Source: Octopus vulgaris
Taxonomy: Eukaryota
DNA: 64,000 nt
Assembly: GCA_951406725.2 (NCBI GenBank)
Contig: OX597821.1
Coordinates: 99,262,001-99,326,000, forward strand
Direction: 5' to 3'
In this document: positions 12,746 to 24,400 of the stretch, one piece after another
Numbering within the stretch: position 1 is the stretch's first letter
Layout: every line of letters starts with the position of its first letter
Program-made: the position numbers and the translations under genes
Notes under the pieces: model-generated
Told to the model about the DNA's origin: nothing
Seen by the model: the letters and a program-made list of their open reading frames with translations, nothing else
Databases searched by the model: none

Positions 12746-13529
12746 TTTTCTCATCACTTCACTTCGCACAGACATAACAAATTGGCAATCAAGCTTCAAT
12801 GGATAAATTGGCAATCAGAAATAGAGGATTTACAGAAAGAAAGAGACATGTTGAAGACTGAACTTGATACCAAGAGTACAGCTGGAACGTAGGTTGCAGT
12901 TTTTGTTTTTGTGGAGTTTTATACTTTGTAATTTTTGTCATTTACTTGTTTTAGTTATTAGAAGGTGGTCATGCTGGAGCACTGTCTTGAAAAATTTCTA
13001 GTCGAATGAATCGACTTCTGTTCTTATTTTTCTTTTCAAGTCTGGTATTTATTCTGTCAGTCACTTCTGCTGAACTGTTAAGTCACAGAGATTTGAACAC
13101 ACCAACATCAATTGTCAAGTGGCGGTGGGATACAAAGAAACACATATACCACGGGCTTCTTTCAGTTTCTGTGGACTAAATCTACTGACAAGACTTTGGT
13201 CGTCCTGAGGCTGTAGTAGATGTTTGCCCCAGGTGCTATGTAGTGGGATTGAACTTAGAACCATGTGGTTTGCAAGCAAACGTCTTTCTACACAACCACT
13301 TACATACTTTTTTCAAGGCTACCTCTGCACCCACAGCAGTTGTGCTAAATCAGATTTGTAGTTTATTTCCATTTCATATTTTTTTTAGCATATTTGTCAA
13401 AGAAAGCCATAAAAATCTCACTCACACTGCACCATGGCCATGTGGTTGCACTGGTTGTGACTGGAACAGCTGTCTGTAAAGCTGTGTGTAGAATTCTGAG
13501 ACAAGTGAAAATCAAAATCAAAATCAAAC

Positions 13530-14025
13530 CAAATCAAATCAGATATCAGAAAGCAGAACCAAAATCGAAGTCGATCAACATCAATGGAAATTGCAGCTGT
13601 GGTTAAGCGAACCATCCAATCGTGGCCATTGCCAGCGCCGCCCCGACTGGCCTCCGTGCCGGTGGCACGTAAAAGCACCATACGTTCGTGTCCGTTGCCA
13701 GCCTGGCCTGGCCCCCGTGCCGGTGGCACGTAGCACCATCCATTCGTGGCCGTTGCCAGCCTCGCCTGGCCCCCGTGCAGGTGGCACGTAAAAGCACCAT
13801 CCGTTCGTGGCCGTTTGCCAGCTCCGTCTGGCACCTGTGCGGGTGGCACGTAAAAAGCACCCACTACACTCACGGAGTGGTTGGCATTAGGAAGGGCATC
13901 CAGTCGTAGAAACACTGCCAGATCAGACTGGGCCTGATGCAGCCTTCTGGCTTCACAGACCCCAGTTGAACTGTCCAACCCATGCTAGCATGGAAAGCGG
14001 ACACTAAATGATGATGATGATGATG
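13530..14025 (+). mobile_element. RTE-LINE 3' UTR fragment with internal tandem repeats and (GAT)n tail (many copies, e.g. 11540-11693, 32365-32560, 33786-34085, 39600-39960, 42510-42930, 54365-54552)
   Basis: Recurring ggtggcacgtaaaagcacc units, then ggaagggcatccag...catggaaagcggac, then (gat)n. Contiguous with RTE coding remnants at 39600-40255 and 57780-58290. Confidence 0.75.
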
Positions 14026-15589
14026 ATTCCAGCTCCCTGAAACTACAAAGCATTTACAATGGGAGGAGATACTCCACAGGTATCTAAACCTTCATACTCA
14101 TTATAGGGTTAAGGGTTTTGTTACACCGAAAACAGGGGGTGTGCGTATTCTTTACCTCTGCCCAATGACCTCAAGCTCTCTTATATTTTAAAATTATAAA
14201 CAGAAACAATAGGAGGAGGGTCTAATCCACGCGTCTTTTTTTTTAAACTTTTCAAACTAACAAAACTAGTCTTATTTACATTTAAAATTCTTTTTATTTT
14301 AAATTAAAATTTTTATTGCCTTGCAGAGGTAATTGGTGAGGCTCATGTGAGCACCTGGCTGTTCCAGGGCATCAGCCTTGCAATCACCCACAGCAACACT
14401 GCAAGCGTGCTGGCGTGTCTCAATAAACACGAGAAAGGTTTCACAGCATCCCCAACTTTTCAACCCAAGGTGGTGAATCGGTTGTTTTTTTTTTTTGTAT
14501 TTTTCCTTTTCTCTCTTTTTTTTCCGTTTTTTCTTTTTAATTTTTTTCAATAGTGTTCTCTATTTTGTCCAGTTTTCCAGTTTGATTTTGTAAAACGGTA
14601 AATGGGGCTAATGCAGTTTTGCACCTCTCCTTGAAGAATGTATGTTTTTAAAAGAATCTTTTCAGATCCCTACGTTTTAGAGGTCAGAGATTACGAATAT
14701 GCAAAAAAACACACCCACAACCACATTTTCAAAATTTTAAATTCAATAAGCATATAGGTATCTGTATAAAGAGATAGATATGAATATCTTTCTGTGGCTA
14801 AAAGCAACAGTAACACTCTTCTATAGGACCGCCACATTTAGTTGACAAATATTGTTTGTTCCTTCTCGAGCCATGCTTGGCTCATAAGGGCAGGTTTCCC
14901 GGTTTCCTTGGCGTATAGGCTCCCCACCTGGACGGGACGCCGGTCCGTCACAGGTGAGCTGCAAGACGCAGGAAGAAAGGGTGAGAGGAAGTTGTGGCGA
15001 AAGACTCAGCAGAAGTTCGCCATTACCTTCTGCCGGGGCCACGTGGAGCTTAAGTGTTTCGCTCATAAGCACACACATCGCCCGGTCTGAGACTCGAACC
15101 CGCGAGTCCGCTGCTCTAGCTACTAGGCCATGTGCTTCCACAACTGACAAATATATTTCATGAATAAACGGACAGAGATAAATAGACAGACAAATAAATA
15201 AATGGATGAAAAAGTTCAAAATTTAAAATTGGGAGAGGGGGTGAAATTTGAACACCTTATTAAACTTTATAACAATTATGATTAAACATTGTTTCTCATA
15301 AAACGGTGTATATTTAATAATAAATCTCTAAATTATTATTTACAATTATTTAAGGCTAACACAAGTAAAACGCAAATTCTTTTCACTTTAATGTTTTCGT
15401 CTGTATTTAATTTCGATTTGCATATGTTCGTCAATTCGCTACGATCTCTTTGAAGTAAACAAAATAAAAAATTTAAGAGGTAGAGGTGAAATTTAAAAAA
15501 AAAAAAATTTTTTTTTTTGCATATTCGTAATCTTCGACATCAAACACGTAGGAATCCGAAATAATTTTTTTGGCATAGTTTCGGTTGTA

Positions 15590-16600
15590 GTAGCACAGAT
15601 TTCCGTAAAAAACTTTTATTTTTTTACATAAGTAATGAGAGCGAAAGAGACTAAGAGGAAGCGATTTTACGACGAGAAGGTTTCTCTTTGAAGTCGGCCT
15701 GTGTGTGTTTGATGGGGTGTGGGAGACAGACAGTATGTTGTGTAAGTGAAGTGCTTCTGTTAGTGTGCGAAGAGACAGACATACATATACACATACACCG
15801 AGTAAAAAATTACGATGAATCGGCCAAACATACATACATACACACACACACATACATAGATACATACACACACACACATACATACATACACACACACATA
15901 CTTACACACACACACACACACACATAGATACATACACACACACACACATACATGCAGACATACATATACACATACACCGAGTAAAAAATTACACTGAATC
16001 GACCATACATACACACATACATACATACACACACACACATACACAGATACATACACACACACACACATACATGCAGACATACATATACACATACACCGAG
16101 TAAAAAATTACACTGAATCGACCATACATACATACACACATACATACATACACACACACACATACACACACACACACATACATGCAGACATACATATACA
16201 CATACACCGAGTAAAAAATTACGATGAATCGGCCATACATACATACATACACACACACATACATACACACACACACATACATGCATACATACATATACAC
16301 ATACACCGAGTAAAAAATCAGTTATCTCTCTCTTTCACACATTACTCTCTCTGTCTCTTCGCACACACTAACAGAAGCACTTCACTTACACAACATACTG
16401 TCTCCCACACCCCATCAAACACACACACACACACACACACACATGTACATCAATGCTTCCCCTAGACGGTAACTTCAAAGACAAACTTCCCTCGTCATAA
16501 AATTGCTTCCTCTTAGTCTCTTTCGCTCTCATTACTTATGTAAAAAAATAAAAGTTTTTTACGGAAATCGACGGAAATCTGAGCTACGACATGCGAAACT
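15590..16600. repeat. fold-back element: ~190-bp inverted arms enclosing a 5-unit compound minisatellite
   Basis: 15600-15779 is the reverse complement of ~16349-16568. The unit catacatatacacatacaccgagtaaaaaattac..gaatcg.cc plus (CA/CATA)n occurs at ~15780, 15959, 16078, 16189 and 16290. Confidence 0.8.
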
Positions 16601-17989
16601 TCGTCATTTTTTTTTTTAAATACAGTTTTCTAGGAGAGGGGCAAAACAGCATTAACCTCCGGTAAATACAGTGAAGACAATAAAAATTTTAATCTAAAAT
16701 TTAAAAAAAAAGTTTTATTTACATAAAGGTCGAATCACAATTTAATTGCAAGGAAACAAAGAAAAGAAAAAGAAAATAAGAGGGGATTAGGCAACAGGAG
16801 ATGCAGTATCCATCCCACCTCACCTTTCATAATCCAGGTTGTGTTCATAAGCCACGCACAATCTACTGCATGCGGTCCTTCTCTATACGAACATCAGTCC
16901 TCTGAACTTATCTCTCTATTCATGTTGTTTCTACAAGTTAAGCAAAAGTTAATGGTCGCGATGTTACCCGTTTCGTGAGTGGGATGTCTGCGAAGGACAT
17001 AGGCCCTGCCCGTCCCTTCAGAACTAATAAGCGTAAAAAAAAAAAACCCAAGACAATCGCAGTTCTAAGGGATACGGTGGAGTACTGTCCTATCTACATT
17101 TAGGGAGTCGAACTGAGTAGGGAAAAGCAGTGAAGGGCACATACAAAACATATTCCAATATGACATTCAAGATACCAATGGAATCTCATTAGCTGTCCCA
17201 TACATGACACCTTCGAGTCAAAACGAAAGATTGCATTAGAATTACTTTTTTTTTTATTCATTTTCAGGCGTCCTGTTTCATACGAGGGAAATTACAATTC
17301 TGTAAAAACATTTGTCATTGTACGTCTCAACTTTTTTCACGAGGTATTTAAGGCGGCAAATCTGAAACTTAACCGTCATAAAACATTCACTTTTTGTCTA
17401 ATAGTCCAACTAAAACTCAGTAAATTTTATAACCAAACCTGGCTCATAACCCCACAATACACACACACACATATATATATATATATACATATACCTTTTT
17501 AAAGAGACACCTTCAGTGAATAAAATCAACGGCGGTAACCTCTCACGCTCGGTCATTTCAGATGTCACGTTGCTTGTGAATCAAGGTCGCTTAAATCATG
17601 ATTATAAAGCAAAATAAGCGGGAAAACAAACATACGCACATACATGTGAGGGCGTCTCCATGACTCATATCGTGTTGGACATTTTAAACTTTGTGAAGCA
17701 CATCTTTCTTCAGGTGTGAATGCAGTTGATTTTTTCGATAGGTACAAGGTCTGAAATTTTGTGGGATAGGGGGTTAGTCAATCACATATCGACCTTAGTG
17801 CTCAGTGGATATTTGCTGTACGGATCTCGAAAGGATGAAAGCAAAGTGGTCTCGGCGGCAAAATTATAGTAATAATATTCTTTAATCACAAAAGGTTGAC
17901 AAAAAAATTGAGGATGGTACGAGGTGATAGTGTGGGGTTACATGAAAAATGAGTTAACGAGAAATAACAAAACAAAGAAAATTTTCCCC

Positions 17990-18900
17990 AAAGCAGAGAC
18001 ATTTTCAATGACTACTTGTATGGAAACTTCTCAAAAACAAGTCACCTTGACCACTAAGGCAAGCACCCTCTCCCTGCTGTGTTTCTAATCTACAAGCATA
18101 TGCTCGGAAGAGTCCCATTTATTCATACCATGCTTCTCACTCGCATACATTTTTCAAGAAATTAAATGAGCGACAGCACTACTCTCTCTACCATAATTTT
18201 CTTTTCTAAGTGTAACTTGAAAAAGTTGACAAGGACTTGAACAAAGAGGAAGGTATCTATCTTTAAGCCCTTTCAGTCTTATTCACCACACCTTTTCCCC
18301 TAAGGCCAAAATACCGATAAAAGCTACCTGCATTACTAGCCAAAGTAAGACGGCAGGACGATCTACAATAATCAACTCTGTCGACAGTCTGATCCATCCA
18401 TAAGTGCAGGAACGAAATTTGCATAGGGGATGCAAACCCAGTTTTTCAGGAGGATGTTCAAAGGGCTTTCATTGCCCCCACCTGCAAAGTTTTAGGGAGT
18501 GCGCTTGCACCCCCTGTTCCCTAGCCTGTGGATCAGCCTTACATTTAAAAGCGGCTATTCAACATAACTCTGCAAATCAGTAATGATCAGCTTCTGACGA
18601 GTGCTAGCACAACAGTTTTGTTGCCCTGCGCACATCTCAGACAGGCCCCCAAAACAACACTTTCTTGTCTGTAGAGCTTATTTCGAAGCAGCAATACCAC
18701 CCCCTGATAGCAATGTCGAGAGATTCCTAGACATTATTCATGGGATCGGCTTGAAGTCTTTCGGAACAGATCAGCTTGCTGATTTTCATCAACGCCCAGA
18801 GTTTCGCCGAGAATGTTCTTGCTTTTGCCCTCCACGAATCCATTACAGAACGCCAATGTAGAGCTTCTATCTACCGTATTGCTTTACTTGTGGAGAGTTG
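17990..18900 (-). mobile_element. degenerate L1/Tx1-like LINE ORF2 C-terminus
   Basis: Minus-strand remnants LRNKLYRQ...ACLRCAQGNKTVVLAL (zf-RVT-like) and VNFFKLHLEKK; many stops. Confidence 0.45.
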
Positions 18901-20567
18901 TGAGAGCTTCACGAAATTCATGATGCCAAACACCTTGCGTCGGTTTTTGATTCAAGGCAGCAACTCTAAAGACGAGCTGGAGAAAAATGCGTCTGACAAA
19001 AATGGCAACCACAACTTTCCTAATCAAGAAAATGCTGGAAATGTTACAACCTCAGTACATGCCTGTGGATCATCAGCCACAGCATGCCCAGTGCACCACG
19101 CAGCAGGTATTGAAAGCAAATGGAGCGCCTGGCCAGTGGAATTTGTCCTTTTCACTCAGTAGAGTAGATACTCCAGTCTGGTCGGACGTGAATTGGGGCA
19201 ATGCAAGATTGTCAAGTGGTAACTGATGAAGGAGGCAATGTAGGTGTTCGCTATCTCTGTCCGACTTTTCGGAGTTGGCCTCCTCAGCACATTTCTGGGT
19301 GGATGTGGTCATCCTGCTCGTCACTTTACTCTGTTTCTTCTCCGCTGCAGAGCTAGACCAAACCAAACCCTAAGCAATTTAACCGGTTCGTATATATAAT
19401 ACTCGATGATGTTGTTTGATGGCATGAACCTGCTTCTCCGGGTGTAGAGCTGGTATAGACACAAAACATGCTTCCTATCAGAGAGGTCATGGGCCAACAG
19501 GCTTTTGGGATCTGATGATACACCATAAAGTTAAACCTTTTATGGATGGGAAACCTAAGGTAATCGCATAAACTGGCCTTCCGCATTATATATACAAGGC
19601 TGTATCAAAAGGTTTCTGGACTAGTTTTGTAAGGCATCAACAGATGGCTGCACACGGTTGCGTGCGCATTGAGCAATAGCAGTGACCTTCTCGAGGTAGT
19701 ATGTCGAGTGACATCGCTGTATTTACTTTGCAAATTGTGAAACTTGTGTTTTATTTTTCGTTTTTGGATTTGGTTTGCAAGATTCTTTATATGAGTTCGT
19801 GTGTTGAAGTATATTCTGTTGTGTCTGGGGAGACACAACAGAATATATTAAACTGACATTTCCTTTTCCAAGCTGAGATTCGAAAACGAATCTAAGGATT
19901 CTCGCTCACCTGATCCACCACCGGCCGAGCAGACACGAAAGAAATTTCTTTGTCCTGTCAAAAGGTGATGGATGGATTTCCATTCGACCTCCAATCTGAG
20001 CTGTGTCATTGAAGGTTCAAGTGGACAGCAAGCAACCTACATAGGTAGAAACTACTCCTATGGTATGTCTATTCTTCTAGATAGGATGACCATTATAAAT
20101 ACAGTCAGACACACGACAGATGGGCAGACAGCCAGTAACAGGCAAACGGTCGAAAGACAGCAGTCAGCTTGCGCCAGTCAAGCAGCCAACAGAGAACCAC
20201 ATATTTGGCATTGAACGACACAAGGCAGTAGTAGTCGCAGAACATAAACAGACACAACCGAATGACCAACGCACACACAGACACAAAACATGCCCGGTTC
20301 TACCTTATCACGTTGACACAATATTTCTCCTATTGTTCGTTTTTACTTCGCCAACTCGAAGCAGTTGTTTCGAATCTCAGCTTGGTAAAGGAAACGTTAG
20401 TTTTTACACACACACAGACGCGTGTGTGTGTGTGTGTGCCAGCGGTTTCAAGGATAATATTAGTTACATGCCAGACCCTAGCCCCCCCCCGAGAAAAAGT
20501 ACCACCAAAAGGTGCTGTGGTTCATGCCGCCCTTCTCTTTAAACTCTAAGACCAGAGTAGGTCAGTT

Positions 20568-21850
20568 CTTCTTTGGTATAGTTGATTGACACTTCTCCCA
20601 TACTAATAGATTCAGCAAAATATTTAATAGACATACCCTGATATTATCTTTTAGCTGTGCATCTAGTGTAAAAAAGATTTGAGTAGGTAGGCCTAAACTT
20701 GAGGCAGAGGCAGAAGCAGGCTGCTCATGCATGGGTAACACAACTCGTCCGTTGAACAGTCACTGTAACACGGAGACAGTTGTATACGAGGCAGAGGTAA
20801 CAGCCATAGGACCCAAAGAACAACCGAGCATGTAGAAGTATGTAGGGGCAACGGAAGGCTCCTTCAGAACCCGCCTTAACAACCAGAAATCCTCCTTCGA
20901 TATCCCAGAGAAACATAATGCAACAACACTAGCTAAGCACGTTTTGTCTTTGAAAGAAAACGCCACAGAGTACAGCATAAAGTGGAAGATCTTGGAGAAA
21001 TGCAAACCATACTTCAAAAGTAGTAGAGAATGCAGGTTATGCCTGGCTGAGAAGAGAGCAATTTTAAAGGGCACCCAACTCCCGGATGTTTACATAAATA
21101 GCAGGAGTAAGGTGTTTAATCCTTACCCACATGAAATAAATACGACCTATTGTACCCCCGCACCCTACCATGACTGCAACCACAAGTACCCGGTCTCGGC
21201 CTTCCACCAATGCCCTCGGGTCTGGCAAAGGGTTTGACCAAAGCATATACCAATGCACCCATTTACACACACGCACAGCCCTATAAGGTGGACACCCCAC
21301 AAAATAAACTGTCTTCTACCATCCCCAACATATACCCTTCCATACACATTGTACTCCCCACACAGATTACACACAGCACACTAACATAAAGCGCCCCCAC
21401 ACGCGAGCTTATCCTTTACAGAAAGAAAACAGACCAATGAACATAACTATATATACCTACACAGCCTGAAAAATGATGCATATGACACCACTACATATAT
21501 CACACATCCCATCACCACAGGAACACTACACTTAATAATACACACTTTCTCCCACAAACACTTCAAGATAACTCTTACCGGCCTCACAGAATACCCAACC
21601 AAGGGACATAACTTTTAACCCAATCCCCTGGCCCTTTTTCATTTCATCACCCTTTTCACACCAGTCGCTAATCGGTTGTGTTAATCCACTCCCCACAATA
21701 GAGAACAGTCGTCATATTCCTTTCCATATCGGTTAACTCTGATGAGCGTAAGGTTATATAATCGTATTGTTACCTAACACTCCATTGTATTCCTTGCGCG
21801 AAACCGATTGGTAAGATCAACTGTGACATATATATAATACTCTACTTTCC
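20568..21850 (+). mobile_element. decayed Penelope-like element: RT-EN linker, GIY-YIG endonuclease and 3' repeat
   Basis: KIFNRHTLILSFSC, CSC...PLNSHCNTETVVYEAEV...YVGATEGSFRTRLNNQKSSF, KWKILEKCKPY...CRLCLAEK...INSRSK; hammerhead motif downstream. Confidence 0.8.
21731..21821 (+). ncRNA. type I hammerhead ribozyme motif
   Basis: CTGATGA (21739-21745); stem II GCGTAAGG/CCTTGCGC; GAAA (21800-21803); stem III ACC-GATT-GGT; GUA triplet; imperfect stem I. Confidence 0.75.
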
Positions 21851-22484
21851 GGAAAATATATACATACATACGGCGGGTTTCTTTCAGTTTCAAATCTACT
21901 CGCAAAGCTTTGGTCGAACGAAGATTATAGCAAGAAGACACCAAAGGTGTCACACAGTACGACTGAACTCGGAACAATGTGGCTGAGAAGCAAACTTCTC
22001 AGCACAGTCTTTTTTACATAATCGATCTTTGGGAGGCATCTAGGGAAATTGTCAGTCATGATTTTTCAACAATCTGTTACATTGTCTTAGACGATCCAGC
22101 AAGGTTCTGTCAACCCCCATTTTATGACCATTTCGTGCTACCCCACACAGGGATTACTTTCTGATTTACAGTCACCTTCAAGTAATCTCTATGTCTCTGT
22201 ATCCATCTTAATAGTCATACACAGGAAGATTCGGCTAGAGCGTATCTCGAATGGTCCCGAGGTATACAGACGACTTCTTGCTGGATGTGTCGCCCGCTCA
22301 TCGCAAGTTTATCTTCCAGCTGCTGTCGGTACTTATTTTCGTTCTTGCTTAAGGACATGACGCATGACCTAAACTAAGAATCGCATCCATGCCTTTATGA
22401 TCGTGAGTTCAACAACCGAGTAATTCAACAATTACAAAAGAGATTCACGACAAGCGTAAAAGATTAAAAAACAAAAAGGATGGA

Positions 22485-22499
22485 CAGGAAATGACATCA
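22485..22499 (+). promoter_or_regulatory. possible ETS/CRE-like composite motif upstream of RCHY1
   Basis: CAGGAAATGACATCA resembles CCGGAAGTGACGTCA and lies ~220 bp before the ATG. Motif match only. Confidence 0.25.
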
Positions 22500-22716
22500 T
22501 ATGGTTTTGTGATACGGACAAATTTTTTTTTTCACTTTGCAAATAAATAAATATTTAAAAATAGAATACTTATTTTTAAACAAGAATTATTAATCATTTA
22601 TAGTTAAATTCATACCTCAAAAAATTTTTTTTAATTGATTAGTTTTTTTTTTCTTTAAATATAAATCTCAACTTTTATTATCAGGTGTTTTTTCTCCATG
22701 GTCTGTTATTGTCAAG

Positions 22717-22770
22717 ATGGCTAGCGTTGCACTTGACTGTTCACACTACAAGCGAGATTGTTCTTTAGTG
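22717..22770 (+). CDS. RCHY1: RCHY1/Pirh2 coding exon 1 (MASVALDCSHYKRDCSLV)
   Basis: Start context caagATGG, CxHYxRxC start of the CHY finger, donor GTG|gtaagt, phase 0; upstream acceptor-like tcag at 22681-22684. Confidence 0.9.
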
Positions 22771-24317
22771 GTAAGTTGTCAATTGAATAACACAAATAAC
22801 TTTATTTTGTGGACACACAATCTTTATAATTACCATCACTTTACCCCGTCAACGTTTCTTTTTTCTTTCTTTCTTTCCTAGTTATGTAAATGGTAGTAAA
22901 ATAGGTTATGGAAACTATAAAGGTAAACACATTAAGAGATATGAATATATTTTAAAGATATTTAGATTATGAAACATTATAAGGGTAAACAGGTTAAAAG
23001 ATATTTATGAGCACATTTCAATAATTATAATAATAACAATAACAATCGTTCATGGTTCGAACGTAAACGTTTAAATCGAAAAATATAATATCTCGATCCG
23101 AAATGATCGAAAAGGGAATATTTTATGATAGATATCATTATCCAAACTCCGTAGCTAAGTCAGACACTTTTATATGGAAACGTAGTTTAACAATTTGCTA
23201 TTAGTTTTCAATGCTTATCGAAGTTGTTTTTAAATCAAGTCAATCAGTTTTTCTAATTCGATCCCATATATGGTAATCAAATCTATTTCAAAATTGTGCG
23301 GAAATTATCTTTATTATTTTATTTATTTTTTCACCGAAAAAACTATCTTGATTAATTGGAATATAACACTTATGAAAATGATACATAGAGAATGCAGGTT
23401 ATGCATATATATACATACATACATATATATATATACATACAAAACCACATGAAAAATAACAAATCCAAAGCAAGGAGAAAAAATGGAAAAAGGGGAACAA
23501 AGAACAAGAAAGAAAAAAAATACATCAATTCATCACAAGTTCTTGAATTGGTCGCACACCACAACGTCCAACCTACTGAAGCAAGCCAACAAGCTCGTGG
23601 CATTGCCGCGGGCGATGGTGAGACTAAGGCGTTGGGACAGTCAAGCACTCTCACGAACGTCACCTGACACCTGGGTAAAGCGTGCCGCTAACGATGACAA
23701 CTTCGCCGTTTGCGGCCCAGTCCCTCTGAATGTCTCAAGTGCCACAGCCCACAGCCCGGAAGAAATGGTTCACTGCCAGGTCCTGCTATTTAAGGATTTT
23801 GTTCTGTTTGGCTACGAAAGGAGCGAGCCTCCCATTTACCGCAGCATCTAGGATGTGGGAGGCAGCAAAAGAATCACAGACTGTGGTGTTCCAGATGAAG
23901 CATCAACCTCTTACCCAGGGATAAAGGGTAAGACCATCACTTCTTGATAAACCTGTTGGATCCAGAACTGAGGAGATATTAACCTGAGCTAGGACCTGCT
24001 TCATGATTAAGTTTAAGCTCTATGTGATGAACAAAATGACCAGCATCTAGGTGGAAAGACAAACTGTTAGGCCTATGGAGTTAAGGGGCCTACCACAGTG
24101 ACATCTCAGTCCCCCACCAGACCTCAGCTCCCACTCTGAATGCAAAGGAGATGTGCAGTTCATTTAGGCTGAGTAGACTTCTAATGTTAGTCACAGGCAG
24201 GGCATCAATCCAGTCCCCTGAGAATTTTGCATTTGCAGTAAGTAGGCAACACCTTAAAAATTGATCAGGTTAATCAAAGAGAGAATTGAAAACGATGCCT
24301 AAGTACAGTTTGTCCCA

Positions 24318-24400
24318 TATCAGGTGTTTTTTCTCCATGGTCTGTTATTGTCAAGATGGCTAGCGTTGCACTTGACTGTTCACACTACAAGCGAGATTGT
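24318..24400 (+). repeat. exact 83-bp copy of RCHY1 exon 1 region lacking the donor site
   Basis: Identical to 22679-22761. Confidence 0.9.

Noticed and set aside
15473-16306. Cys/Val- and His/Thr-rich ORFs (also 35906, 43932, 45411-46006, 53292)
   Set aside because: Dinucleotide microsatellite or low-complexity read-through.
15780-16320. CRISPR-like repeat-spacer appearance
   Set aside because: The spacers are CA/CATA microsatellites, the context is eukaryotic and there are no cas genes; this is a minisatellite.
18594-18615. CTGACGA followed by hairpin GTGCTAGCAC
   Set aside because: No GAAA or stems I/III; it lies within a LINE remnant.
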